A stretch of 64,000 nt of DNA from Aureliella sp. (GCA_963691875.1 OY829846.1:480001-544000); one strand, 5' to 3'. Shown: positions 1 through 10,465, counted from the first letter of the stretch. Notes: a model not told the origin generated them from the letters alone. Numbers and translations are program-made.

Positions 1-3000
1 CCCGCCAACGCTGATCCATCCTTGGTGGTGTAATTCACCGTGACATCTTCACTTGCCACTTTCGAAAGTGAAACAACCATTTCGGCATTTGATGCACCAG
101 AGTCGCCCTCATCAAGACTGACATCGTCAACCGACAGAGTCGGGGCTGATTGGCCCACGTCGGCGGGTACTCCGTTGACATAGACATTGGATGGGGTGGT
201 CGTGACATTCCCTGGGCTGCCACTCATGCCGATAATCACACTCTGACCGGGACCAACTTCTCCGTTCCAGAATTCGTTGTCGATCACGAAGCTACCCAAG
301 CTGTTCTCGATCAGAAGAGCATTCCAGACTTGGCTGATTTCATGCGTCCAGTCAAACTCAAGTCGCCATCCGGACCACGCTTCATCTCCACGATTGGTCA
401 ACGTGATCTCACCGTTAAAACCGCTACCCCAATCATCTGTAGTGCGATAAGTGAAGCCAGCAGGGACTGCGGTCTGATCGTTGTCTACGATAATGCCTTC
501 AGCGTTTGCATCTGCTAAGGTTGCATTGAAGGCATTGGTCAAACTGATCTGGAATGACTCCATGTCTTCTTCAAGCAGGTCGCCGCTCACATCCACGTCG
601 ATCGTCTGCTCAATCTGCCCTGCAGGGATGGTTAAAGTTCCCTTTACATCGGTGTAATCATCTGGTGCTACGGCAGAGCCTGCAGTCGTTGCGTAATCTA
701 CCGTCACATCTTCCGAAGCAGCCTCCGACAGAGTTACCTTGAAGGACATCGGAGTTGTTCCAGTGTTACCCTCGGTCACACTAGCATCACTGACACTGAG
801 TGTTGGCAACGAGGGCCCAGGATTGTCATCATCGACAATGGTGATCTTTGCACTTGCATCAGCCAACGAACCGTTAGCCGCATTTGTCAGATTGAAATAG
901 AACAGCTCGTCTGGCTCAACCAGTGCATCAGGATTCACAAGAACCCGAATCTTTTTTTTGACTTCACCGGGAAGAAACGTCAGCGTTCCACTGGTCGCTG
1001 TATAGTCACTCTCTGAAACGGCGGTTCCATTAGCCGTGGTATAGTCTACTGTCGTCGTGTGCATCGATGCATCAGACAAGCTGACGGTCACGAAAGCGAC
1101 GGTCCAAGAGTCTCCGCCCGCATCTGCAAAATCTGACTGTATGGGTTCTAATGCATCCACTTTATGATCGTGGATAGTCTCCCAATCATCCTTGAGAATT
1201 CCGCCGGTGTCACCGGAATTCGGATTCCATGACCAGTAGGTCCAACTGATCCCCTCCTGCCCGTATTCGAGATCGTTCTCACCATCGCCATCAAGATCGC
1301 CTTTCAGGTATTCAACCATGGCATCGAACCACTGCTGGTCGCTGACGGTTTCAAGTTTGCTGCCGAACTCACCTACTAGGACTGGTGCAATTCCATTTCG
1401 GAAAAGGTAGCCCCAGTTCTCATCCCAGATTGCGGTGAGATTATCTGGATAAGCGGGGTCTGTGAAATAAGCCTGCTGATAGACGCTGGCGGGATAATCA
1501 TGGGCAGAATAGACAAGTTTATTTGCAACATCTAAACGTACCGGCGCATCACCAGCATTGGATAAATTCCCACCCCACCAGTAGGAACCGGAGGAAGCTA
1601 CTTCCACGCCTTCGACAATGATCAGCAAGTCTGGATTCACGGCCAGCACAGCATTGCCAGCCCTTTCGGCAGCCAGACGCCAATCATTGGCTGAATCGTC
1701 GCCCCACGTGGCTGGTCCGTGAGGCTCATTGTGCAAGTCGATTCCTACCACGGAGCTATTATTGGCATAACGCGTTGCCAACTGTGTGAGATGTTCGATC
1801 CAAACGGATTCCGGATACTCAGCGGAATACCAAAGCCCGGAGTCATTGGCACTATTCCCAGCCTCAGAGCGGTGATGGTCCAAAATCACTCGCATGCCAA
1901 GTTCATCAGCATGTGCCACGATCCGGTCCATGATTTCGAGTCCACTGAGTCCCTGCAGGTCAGGATTTTTGCTGAAGTCAATCCCATTGGGTGTACTTCC
2001 TGCATCGAAAAGTTCGTCACTGTATGGCAGCCGGATGGTATTGAATCCTTCAGCCTTCATCTGATTCATCATTTCGACATAACCTCTGCTCCACAGTCCA
2101 TGTGGAGCGAAATTGCGCGTCTCGAAGCCGAACCAGTTGACGCCTGCAAGACGCACAGATTGCCCCGATTCGTCAACGATCTGATTCCCAATAGTTGACA
2201 ATGCCCCTGTAGAAAAATTGCCTGCTGTACCTTCGGTTACCACAACATCCGACACTGAAATTGATGGCATCATGCCGTCCGTCCCACCGCCAGTGGTGAA
2301 TTGGCCAAGGGTTTGAGCAAATTCAAAAGGTTCCTGCGGCACGCCACTGCAGGTCAGTGAAAGTGATCCGAAAGTTTCGCAAGGGGCATCACGATTCGCC
2401 GACCACCCTGAAAGAAACCCCATTCCCACGTCATCTGCAAAGTCCAATAGTTTCTCCGCATCCTCCAGATAGAAGCGTTCCGACATGACATCATTCTGAC
2501 CGATCATCGGAGTGACACCGATAAGACTCCACAACTCCGAGTCGGTCACTGGAACACCTGCAGCATCGTAAACGCCACGCATCTGCTCAAACAGGCTTTC
2601 TGCTGCTTCAATGGCGTAGTCGCCCATCTGACCTTCTGGATTGGGAGCAGCTGAATCACCGTAATTCATGGCCATGATGTTGACCCCGCCTATATCAACG
2701 CCATGAAACAGAGCTGACTCCACCACATTCAAACCATCAGCAGTCAATCCGCTGGGCAACACGGGCAACGTGAACCAAACTTCCAATGGCTTGCCATCCA
2801 TGGCAGCCTGATCCTGTAGATTTCGAATTGCCTGAGAGCGGCGTTTAATCGAAGCCCCATCAGTTACCCAGAATCCTTCTACATCAAAGTCGATCCAGGT
2901 CAGATCATATTGTTCGATGACTGCCTGATAAGCTTGAGTCAAATCAGTCACATTTGGGATGGCCGATGCCAACGGAGTCCCTGCGGCACCTCCGAAAGAA

Positions 3001-3434
3001 ACCATCACCTCTCCTCCTAAATCCCGTAACGCATCGATCTGATCACCACGGTAATCGGAGTCGACGCTGTAGTAGCCTCCCCAACTGGGCTCACTTGTTG
3101 AGGGATCAGCGACAACAAATGCAAGCGAGACATACTTCACATCCTCCTCTCGTGCGAGTTCGACAAAGTCAAATGGTGGCCAAAGCGTTGCGTCGACGTA
3201 GGGAGCGAAAACCTGATCCGGTATATCGGCCCGCATGTCGGATCCGTGATTTGAACTACTAGCCGCAGCATTGAATCCCGATGTCAGTCCCGACGAACCA
3301 TCCATAACGTTTGGTGCGCACATCGTAATCCGTTCCTCAAGGGATTCGAGTTGCACCACGCGTTGCACATGACGAACGCGTTGCGGATGAATGGCACGAC
3401 GGAAGCCTAATAGCTCGCGAAAGAGAATCTGCAT
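1..3434 (-). CDS. Secreted multidomain glycoside hydrolase: planctomycete LESLEER leader, GH18 chitinase-like domain, GH5 endoglucanase-like domain, Calx-beta repeats, CBM2 (3' end outside window)
   Basis: Translated by hand from ATG 3434; frame is open to the window edge. LESLEER 3330-3350; FAPYVD...WIDFDVE (DxDxE 2877-2891); GVNWFGFET...HNEPH (NEP 1722-1730)...GEFG (1362-1373)...WSWNPNSGDTGG; Calx-beta 'SVSDASVTEG...VDYATTAGSA...DY'; CBM2 'DDWGSGFNGEITLTN...WNG'. Confidence 0.92.
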   Translation of the reverse strand, partial: MQILFRELLGFRRAIHPQRVRHVQRVVQLESLEERITMCAPNVMDGSSGLTSGFNAAASSSNHGSDMRADIPDQVFAPYVDATLWPPFDFVELAREEDVKYVSLAFVVADPSTSEPSWGGYYSVDSDYRGDQIDALRDLGGEVMVSFGGAAGTPLASAIPNVTDLTQAYQAVIEQYDLTWIDFDVEGFWVTDGASIKRRSQAIRNLQDQAAMDGKPLEVWFTLPVLPSGLTADGLNVVESALFHGVDIGGVNIMAMNYGDSAAPNPEGQMGDYAIEAAESLFEQMRGVYDAAGVPVTDSELWSLIGVTPMIGQNDVMSERFYLEDAEKLLDFADDVGMGFLSGWSANRDAPCETFGSLSLTCSGVPQEPFEFAQTLGQFTTGGGTDGMMPSISVSDVVVTEGTAGNFSTGALSTIGNQIVDESGQSVRLAGVNWFGFETRNFAPHGLWSRGYVEMMNQMKAEGFNTIRLPYSDELFDAGSTPNGIDFSKNPDLQGLSGLEIMDRIVAHADELGMRVILDHHRSEAGNSANDSGLWYSAEYPESVWIEHLTQLATRYANNSSVVGIDLHNEPHGPATWGDDSANDWRLAAERAGNAVLAVNPDLLIIVEGVEVASSGSYWWGGNLSNAGDAPVRLDVANKLVYSAHDYPASVYQQAYFTDPAYPDNLTAIWDENWGYLFRNGIAPVLVGEFGSKLETVSDQQWFDAMVEYLKGDLDGDGENDLEYGQEGISWTYWSWNPNSGDTGGILKDDWETIHDHKVDALEPIQSDFADAGGDSWTVAFVTVSLSDASMHTTTVDYTTANGTAVSESDYTATSGTLTFLPGEVKKKIRVLVNPDALVEPDELFYFNLTNAANGSLADASAKITIVDDDNPGPSLPTLSVSDASVTEGNTGTTPMSFKVTLSEAASEDVTVDYATTAGSAVAPDDYTDVKGTLTIPAGQIEQTIDVDVSGDLLEEDMESFQISLTNAFNATLADANAEGIIVDNDQTAVPAGFTYRTTDDWGSGFNGEITLTNRGDEAWSGWRLEFDWTHEISQVWNALLIENSLGSFVIDNEFWNGEVGPGQSVIIGMSGSPGNVTTTPSNVYVNGVPADVGQSAPTLSVDDVSLDEGDSGASNAEMVVSLSKVASEDVTVNYTTKDGSALA

Positions 3435-3804
3435 GGTCTTGACCTTTGTAGAAAAGATTGGTTGGTCATGGGCAGCGACCCAAGTGAAGAGACCTTGAGT
3501 GTATGGCTGTTTTCCAGTGATACAAACTTTTTTACCGTGCAAGTGACCAAAGACCGCTTGGATTCAACCTTTGTGAGGCATTCGTGACATCGTCAATAGG
3601 GGGGCAGGCAGGACTCACCGCGCGCCTAAGCAAAAGTCAGATTGAACGTTAATTGATGGTGGAAAGAGTAGTTCGCTTCGGCGAGTAGCCAGCATTAACG
3701 GCTGGAATCGTAGCCGAAGCCTCCAGGCGTGGACGATTCGTGCAGCGAATTAGATGGAATGGCTATGGCGATGCATTCGATAGTAAACCCTGGCGTCAGT
3801 TGCG

Positions 3805-4303
3805 ACTCTGCTGCTTTTCACGAGTAGCTTTCCAATACCTCGCCAAGACGCTCGTTGCATCGGATGTTGGGCAAATGAAATCGTATCCATGGGATGACGC
3901 AGTTCATACACTTCTAGTCCGTCAGCTGGGTTGGTCGCTCGTTTTTTAGCCCCTGAGGAAGACGCTTCAGGTAGTAGTGCTCACGAAACTCGGAACATAG
4001 CAGGTTCATGTGTTTCCCACCGAACACGATAAAGTGATTGGGCCATTCCTTTTTGATCGGTGAGACAAATCACTCGACTAAGGCAACGGTATTCGGCAAA
4101 CGAATGGTTGTACTCAAAGCCTCGATCTTTCTATTTTTGAATGCTTCGGGCAACGGTTGTAAATACTTACCGTAGTTGTAGTGCATCAGGATTTTGCAGA
4201 GTTTTGTTTCTGATTTACTGTGACCAAGGAACTACTCAGCTTGCTCGACCATCCACTCTTGCTCGCGTTTGTACGTCGCCGGAGCGGTGAACACGCATCC
4301 AGT
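3805..4303 (-). pseudogene. Degenerate integrase-core (rve) transposase, planctomycete type
   Basis: Broken frames read PNTVALVE*FVSPIKKEWPNHFIVFGGKHMNLLCSEFREHY and IRCNERLGEVLESYS*KAA. Confidence 0.75.
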
Positions 4304-6565
4304 TGGAGTGCTCCACAAAATTTGATGCGTGCATTGTCAAAGTATATCGGCCGCGGACGGCCACAGGAAACTTCGATGACAACGAGCCGAAAACGACGGA
4401 AACCGAAGCAGGTGGTGAAGCTGCTGCAAGAATGCGAAGCGATGCTGGCGACTAGCAAGTCGCTGGCCGCAGTTTATCAGAAGCTCTCGTTCACCGAATC
4501 AACCTGGGCGGGTTGCACGAGGCAATACGCAGGCATGAAGTCGGATGAAGCGAGGCTTCTACATGACCTCGAGATGAAGATCCAGAAATTCAAGGAGCGG
4601 CTTGCCGAGGCCGAATTGGAAACGCGGATCTTGAAAGAAGTTTTAGAGGTAAACTATTGAACCTGGCACGGCGTCTCAAGGCAGTCAGTCACGTTCAAAG
4701 GACCTTCGAGGTGCAGCAGCGTCGGCCCTGACGAACACAGGAGTAACCGTTGAGAAGCCAGCGTTACCAATCATCGAATAAGGATGATGGACCAGTTCTG
4801 ATCGCCAGAATCGTTCAATTGGCATCGCAGTTTTAGGTCACGGATATCGACAGATAACTCGGATGCTGCGTAGCGAGGGCTGGTAAGTCAACGCGAAACG
4901 AATCTACTGTCTATGGCATCCGCAGAGCTTGAAAGTACCGAAGAAAGATATGAAACGGCGGCGGCTAGAGCGCGTTTGATGCGATCGTAGCAGTATTCGC
5001 AGTGTGCATTGTAGTTTTAATACTTTGCCACGGTGAATTGATCTAGCAGTTTTCCGCACGCTCTCCATAGGGTTTCTCTGTCGCTGAGCTTCTCGCTCCG
5101 CAGCAGCCACTTGAAGTTTGAAAATGCATTCTCGATCGGATTCAAGTCGGGACTGTAAGGGGGAAGAAACATCAAGCTAGCGCCTGCAGCCTCGATTGCT
5201 GTCTTGGCTTCGAGCCGGCGGTGACTAGAGGGGTTGTCCAGCACGACGATGTCTCTCGCTGATAGTGTCAGTGCTAGAACTTTTCGAGCGTATGCAGCGA
5301 ACAAGTCCCCGTTGATTGCACCGTCAATCACCATCGGTGCGATTAAGCCGGTGCTTCTTAGTCCCGCGATGAAGGTCGTCGTCTGCCAATGATCGTGTGG
5401 AACTTTGGCAACCCGTCGAGTGCCTCTAAGGGAGCGACTTCGAGGTCTCGTCGCGTTGGTTTTTACCCGTGTTTCGTCGATAAAAACCAGTTTGTTGGCA
5501 TCTAGGCCCGCCTATTGTAATTGCCACCAAGCTCGCTTCACGCGTACGTCGGCTAGATCTTGTTCGCTGGCGTGAATTACTTTTTTTGAAACTAAGCTTC
5601 AGTGCTCTAAGGGCAACAAACAACATTGTACAGCTCAAGTGAGTGTTCAGTCACGCGATCAATTCCAAAAGCGTTTGATCGGGATGCTTCTCAGTCACCT
5701 CGATAATCTTATCCTTGAGCGAATGCCATTCTGGTATCCGATTGCGAGCCTTAAACGGCGCGGTTTTGACCAGCTCCCGATACTCCTGTTTGACTCCACG
5801 AATCCACAACTCACTGCACTTTAATCTCGGCGCAATCTGCCGCGTCACTTACCCGGCCGCAGCAGCGGCTAGAACCTCTAACGGCCGTTCTTGTGAAAAT
5901 GGCATGCCTTCCTCCTTGAGCTAAAACGTCCACCCAATTTTGGCAGGCTACCTATCTTGGCGTTATAGGAAAGCCAAACGCGCTCTAGTTTCGGTCGATG
6001 GCGGTATTGCTCGCCTGCAAGCCAGTCGAAAGATATACATTTGGTCGGTTGCTTAGATTCGATCGAACGGGGACCGGCCGTTCTTTGAGGATGCTTGTCG
6101 TCGTTGATGAATTGCGCGTGAATGCATCGTATTGGAAGCTGGTCGCTGATTTACAGGCGATCAGTTTGTCGAAGTGATCACGGATCTGCTAGCTATTCGC
6201 GGCGTTCACCGTTCTTCCTAAGTGACAATGGCCCGGGGTTCATGTCAGGGCCACCTTCCTTCATCGAAACAGACAGTTCCTGGCAGAAGGGATACGTGGA
6301 GATTTTCATGCTCGGTTTCTATACGAGGGCCTGAACTGCAAAGAGCTCACGAGCGTGTAGAAAGGATGTGACGTCATCGTGCACTGAAGTCAGTCAAACA
6401 ACCATCCACGCTCTCACCGTTCGCTTGATGGACTTACTTTGACCGTATTCGCGTCAATAACTTCTGCTTCAACTCCAGTCTCTGCGCACCTATCGTCAAA
6501 GCGACATTTAAGCAATTACCCAACTCGATTCTTCATAAACGTGTATCGAAGGATGGGGTCATTGC
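4304..6565 (+). mobile_element. Degenerate IS3-family (IS407-like) element, interrupted by IS630
   Basis: Left end TGGAGTGCTCCACAAAATTTGATGCG at 4304. OrfA ~4377-4660 (KRRKPKQVVKLLQE...GMKSDEAR...ILKEVLEVNY). Broken OrfB includes SDNGPGF. The 3' end sequence 6513-6560 is shared with other copies in the window. Confidence 0.85.
4966..5987 (-). mobile_element. IS630-family element, transposase pseudogenised
   Basis: Perfect terminal inverted repeat TAGAGCGCGTTTG (4966-4978 / 5975-5987) in a CTAG context. DDE motifs FIDET, VLDN, FLPPYSPDLNPIE. A7G slippery site at 5580-5587. Internal stops. Confidence 0.9.
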
Positions 6566-6777
6566 TATCACATTGTTGCTGGTTTTCCAGGGTCAAATTG
6601 TAATTTCGCACAGACACGAAAACACAATTGGCTTTACTTAGTAGCATCAATTGAATTCGAGTATCTTTATTGTGAGCGCGACCTTTTATGCACCGCTATC
6701 ATGCGACTGGTATTAACTCACACGAGTTGTTGAAATGTTCGCAACACGCGATGGCGGTGTACGCTCCGATTCTTGCT

Positions 6778-7512
6778 TTAAGGAAGTGCGCCGATAAGTG
6801 CGTGGTGACTTAATTCTGCCAGTGGCTTTATCATGTCCATGGCATCTTTGCGAATCTCGTCGATCGATAACTCCCACCAGCGGCTGGCCAGAATCTGTTT
6901 GCGAGTTGCCTCACAAAAACGGAAACGAATAATCTTTGCCGGAACACCTCCGACGATCGCGAAATCTGGAACGTCTTTGGTAACAACTGAGCCAGCACCG
7001 ACAATCGCTCCGATACCGATCTTACGGCAACCGGGCGTTACCGTCGCACGCGCGCCCAGCCAACAATCGTGACCGATTTCCAGCGTGTGCCGTACTGACA
7101 GATCAGAGTCTACGACGCCAGCATTCGGATCATAGAAAAACGGGTGCGTCGAAAGCCATGCTGTTGGATGATTCGAATTGTAGACCCGAGTTTCGGGTCC
7201 CATGGAAACGTATCGACCTACCGTCACTTGCGGTGGAAAATGATGCGGAATGAAGCACGGTCCGTAACTGTAAGCTCCTATACTAATTTGATGGAACTCA
7301 GTCATGAGGTCTCTGGCTGTTTGCGAAAACATCGCTCCCTCGGCACGCAGAATTGCTGACATCATGGGTCGTGCCAACCGGCACCTGCGAGGAATCGTCA
7401 TACGTCCGTAAATTCTGCCGAGAGACCGGCCGCAAAGCGTGCTCCGCAAATCGCGTCCCTGTGATGATTTTAAATTATCTCTTTTCATGGTTGGATTGTT
7501 TACATCATGCAT
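6778..7512 (-). CDS. CatB/Vat-related hexapeptide O-acetyltransferase (EPS modification)
   Basis: IGAYSYG, HPTAWLSTHPFF, IGHDCWLG, GAIVGAGSVVTKDVPDFAIVGGVPAK, RWWE. Start uncertain. Confidence 0.88.
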   Translation of the reverse strand: MHDVNNPTMKRDNLKSSQGRDLRSTLCGRSLGRIYGRMTIPRRCRLARPMMSAILRAEGAMFSQTARDLMTEFHQISIGAYSYGPCFIPHHFPPQVTVGRYVSMGPETRVYNSNHPTAWLSTHPFFYDPNAGVVDSDLSVRHTLEIGHDCWLGARATVTPGCRKIGIGAIVGAGSVVTKDVPDFAIVGGVPAKIIRFRFCEATRKQILASRWWELSIDEIRKDAMDMIKPLAELSHHALIGALP

Positions 7513-7830
7513 TCATGCGTGCCCCCGAATACGTGAAGCGGTTTTGTAAAGTCAGGCTGATATTCTTGTCTGAAGATCACCAACAGCTTTGGGAACAATA
7601 AGCCTAAAAATGATAACTTTTACCAGTCATACATTTGTTTTTCTGTGGGGAGCCAGTCTTCTCCAATCTATTATTCCATCGGAGTCAGTCGAAGTTAGGG
7701 ACAATTACCTACTGGATCGTATAACTCAATTTTCAAGAATCCCAACTCCATAGCATGGTCAACATGGCCATTCTTTTCCAAAAGCAGCGTTCTTCTCAGC
7801 TAGAGGTGCGTAGTAGCTCTTTGATTTGGG

Positions 7831-8418
7831 TCATATTACCCGATCGGCTGAATTCTGATGCTTGCGAAAGATTAGAGCGGTGGCAAGACTGATAATTCCA
7901 ACCGCTGCCAACTCGAGTATGTGGCGTTATTTCGAACCTGTGAAAAGCTGGGCCAGCCAAGAGTTACCGTGGGCAAGAGAGAGTGCTCGTACCAGCACAA
8001 ACATCGTAAGTAAACCAAAACCCGCAGCGCCAAGACCGCTTTATTATACCGGTAATCGCAAAAAGCAGCGTTCCGCCGACAACAACAATAAGGAAAAAGA
8101 ACGCACGCTGATAGCTTCTCCACTCGTGACACCATCCGCCCTCTTTCGCTGAAATGCGACACACTTCGATTGCCTATGTTTGCAGATCAAGTTGCTTATT
8201 AATACCCAGTGGAAATATCACACATGATGCTGCGTACCAAAACCAGTAGAGCCGCACGCAGTTTATGTTGTCGCGATTGCCTCTTAGCAGCTCTTCGCAT
8301 TCAATACACAGCCAATGAAGGAGAGAAGATAAAATACCGTTATCGCCCAATCGATCGGCTCTGTGTCACCGAAATGAGGGCGATAAGGAGTATTAGATGC
8401 AGCCCGGAGAATCTGCAT
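7831..8418 (-). pseudogene. Degenerate paralog of the membrane protein at 27062-27670
   Basis: ATG overlaps the upstream TGA. Fragments MQILRAASNTPYRPHFGDTEPIDWAITVFY, RLYWFW, LGINKQLDLQT*AIEVCRISAKEGGW and FVLVRALSL...RHILEL align by eye with NTPYELKVGDPDFIGWSITASY, RLYLFW, LGLNKQLDVQTWMITVCRTLARENGW and FLLVRAASL...RYLFEL. Confidence 0.85.
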
Positions 8419-9461
8419 CAGCTCTTGCATGCAGCACTACTCCTTGTTGATGAGTTCTCCATATCTTTAGCTTCACTTTCAGTCAGCGATGGAATAAGGG
8501 AACCGGCGTACTCTGGGCCTCCGGCAGTAGCCAGCAATGGCCATTGCGTCAGCCATATATTGGCAAATCGTCCGACCTTTTGTCCGCATAGCGACAACTG
8601 ATTAGCGTTGGCGATGCTGTCGAGCCATATTGTTTTCGCGCCAATTATTCTGGAGGCGATCACTGCGAAATATCCGGGTGCAGCCCCTGTGGTTAGCAAG
8701 ATATCAGGTCGTTGAATCAAAACGGTTCGCAAAATATCCAAGCCCGAACGCAAGAGTGAAAGCTTATCTTTTGCGTTCCCGTCTTGAATGCGAGTGATAT
8801 TTGAAGTTGGCGAAAGTGCATCATCGCCCAATCGTGTTGTCGCACAAACGACTTCGAAGCGTCTCTGGTCTAGACCTTGCAAAAGTCGGCACAGTTGAAC
8901 CCAATGACCGCCGCCAGAAGCAACAGCGAGCATTTTGGGTCTCTCTTTTCCGAGACCATTAATCTCGTGTTGAATGCGTTCGACCAATTGGGCAGGCGTT
9001 GCCATGCGAACTGCTGCGGGTGAAGCATTGCATAGCGGTCTCAGCATAGCATCTCCCAACTCGTTTTCAGCGTCGACCACTGTAACACCTGGGAAGGTTC
9101 GGAATCGGGATGCGGTTGCATGCTGATGTTCATTTCTGTGTTCACCCAATTTTGCCTTCCTCGGAAGGATAACAATCGGCTTCTCAGATTCCAAAGCATT
9201 CAGGATCGTTCCGATTCCTGCATGTGCCACTATCAAGTCAGAGTCCGCAAAGGCTTGCATGTACTGTTCTGGCTGCATGAAAGCTGCTGCGTCGATATTC
9301 GCGTAGTGCGCATTGTGTTCCGCAGTTTGTGCAAATATCTTGACGTGGGGATTCAAACCTGCCCATTCGTCAATCGCTTGGACCAATCTAGGGAAAGGGC
9401 ATTGCGTTCCAACCGTGACAAAAACTAACTTTGGTTCACGCTTTATTTCGGCTCGACTCAT
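8418..9461 (-). CDS. Fused PssE/CpsG (Alg13-like) + PssD/CpsF (Alg14-like) glycosyltransferase
   Basis: N-half VFVTVGTQ..F.RL, AHAGIGT, PRKAKLGEHRNEHQ. C-half LAVASGGGHWVQL, RPDILLTTGAAPG, WLDSIANANQLSLCG, LTQW. Confidence 0.9.
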   Translation of the reverse strand: MSRAEIKREPKLVFVTVGTQCPFPRLVQAIDEWAGLNPHVKIFAQTAEHNAHYANIDAAAFMQPEQYMQAFADSDLIVAHAGIGTILNALESEKPIVILPRKAKLGEHRNEHQHATASRFRTFPGVTVVDAENELGDAMLRPLCNASPAAVRMATPAQLVERIQHEINGLGKERPKMLAVASGGGHWVQLCRLLQGLDQRRFEVVCATTRLGDDALSPTSNITRIQDGNAKDKLSLLRSGLDILRTVLIQRPDILLTTGAAPGYFAVIASRIIGAKTIWLDSIANANQLSLCGQKVGRFANIWLTQWPLLATAGGPEYAGSLIPSLTESEAKDMENSSTRSSAACKS

Positions 9462-10278
9462 CTCGCTCCCACTTATACTCGTCTAAATCTTGTAGCATCC
9501 GCTTCGCACGGTATCGGGTGATGGCAATCACTGCTAAGTAAACGACAGCACAGGGAATCAGACGCGGACATTTAAGTATTTCGACAGCCGCACTATAGAT
9601 AGACGTTTTTTCCCGAATGTTTGTTTTCGGAAAACGAGTTTCGAGCTGCCATAAACCTAAGCGACTTCGCGTTTTGACTCGAATAAGATCCCAAAGGTTC
9701 GTCGGAGCAACAATCGTAAAATAGCCTGGAGCAGTCTGCCTCTCGTGGCGTGCAAATTGCGAGAGAAAATAACCGTCATCAGAAATGATTTCTGGAAACT
9801 CAAGAAAACGCGCACGGCCTGCTTCGGAAACGGCATAAAGTCCAGAACCAACCATCGCCTGCTGCATATAAGGTCGTCGTTGCCATACGGTGTAGAAGCA
9901 ACGGACAAGCCAGCTACTCCGTGAAACATCCACTTGCAGCGATGGAGCAGAGGCCAGTACGGAATCGCTTTGCAAAACGTTAGCAACTTCGCGGATTGTG
10001 TGCAGACTGATCTGCACATCAGCATCGATGTAGAGACGTGGATAGCAAGTTGCCGCTCTATCAGCAATATTGAGCCCTGCAACCTTCGATGCTTTCTCTG
10101 TCTCGCAAACTACGACTGGGTAATGAAAATCTCTGCAGATCTGAGCTGTTTCGTCCGTGCAGCCGTTGCAGCCCACTATTATTTCAAGCTCATTTGTTTC
10201 AGCGTCTTGTGTAATTGATTCGAGCAAACGGGCAATAACGCTGGCTTCGTTGTGTGCTGGAATGACTATCGAAATCAT
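9436..10278 (-). CDS. Glycosyltransferase family 2
   Basis: ISIVIPAHNE, NGCTDET, YIDAD (DxD), DDGY. Confidence 0.9.
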   Translation of the reverse strand: MISIVIPAHNEASVIARLLESITQDAETNELEIIVGCNGCTDETAQICRDFHYPVVVCETEKASKVAGLNIADRAATCYPRLYIDADVQISLHTIREVANVLQSDSVLASAPSLQVDVSRSSWLVRCFYTVWQRRPYMQQAMVGSGLYAVSEAGRARFLEFPEIISDDGYFLSQFARHERQTAPGYFTIVAPTNLWDLIRVKTRSRLGLWQLETRFPKTNIREKTSIYSAAVEILKCPRLIPCAVVYLAVIAITRYRAKRMLQDLDEYKWERDESSRNKA

Positions 10279-10465
10279 GGTGGATCGTAAAGGGCAATGA
10301 GTTTGAGGCGTGGGAGGTGAAGCTTCACGCTAAGTTCGCAAGAGAGTCTGGTTTTAATCAGAAAATAAAATGCTTGACATTTCTTGCGAGTTATCGTTAG
10401 AAGAACTTGGCCGTGGAGTCCTTATCAGATCTGAAAACTGCGTGCTTGGTCAGGAACGGCGGAGC

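Noticed and set aside
150..3262. Plus-strand ORFs 150-518, 554-742, 1719-2198, 2954-3262
   Set aside because: Antisense shadows of the large minus-strand glycoside hydrolase.
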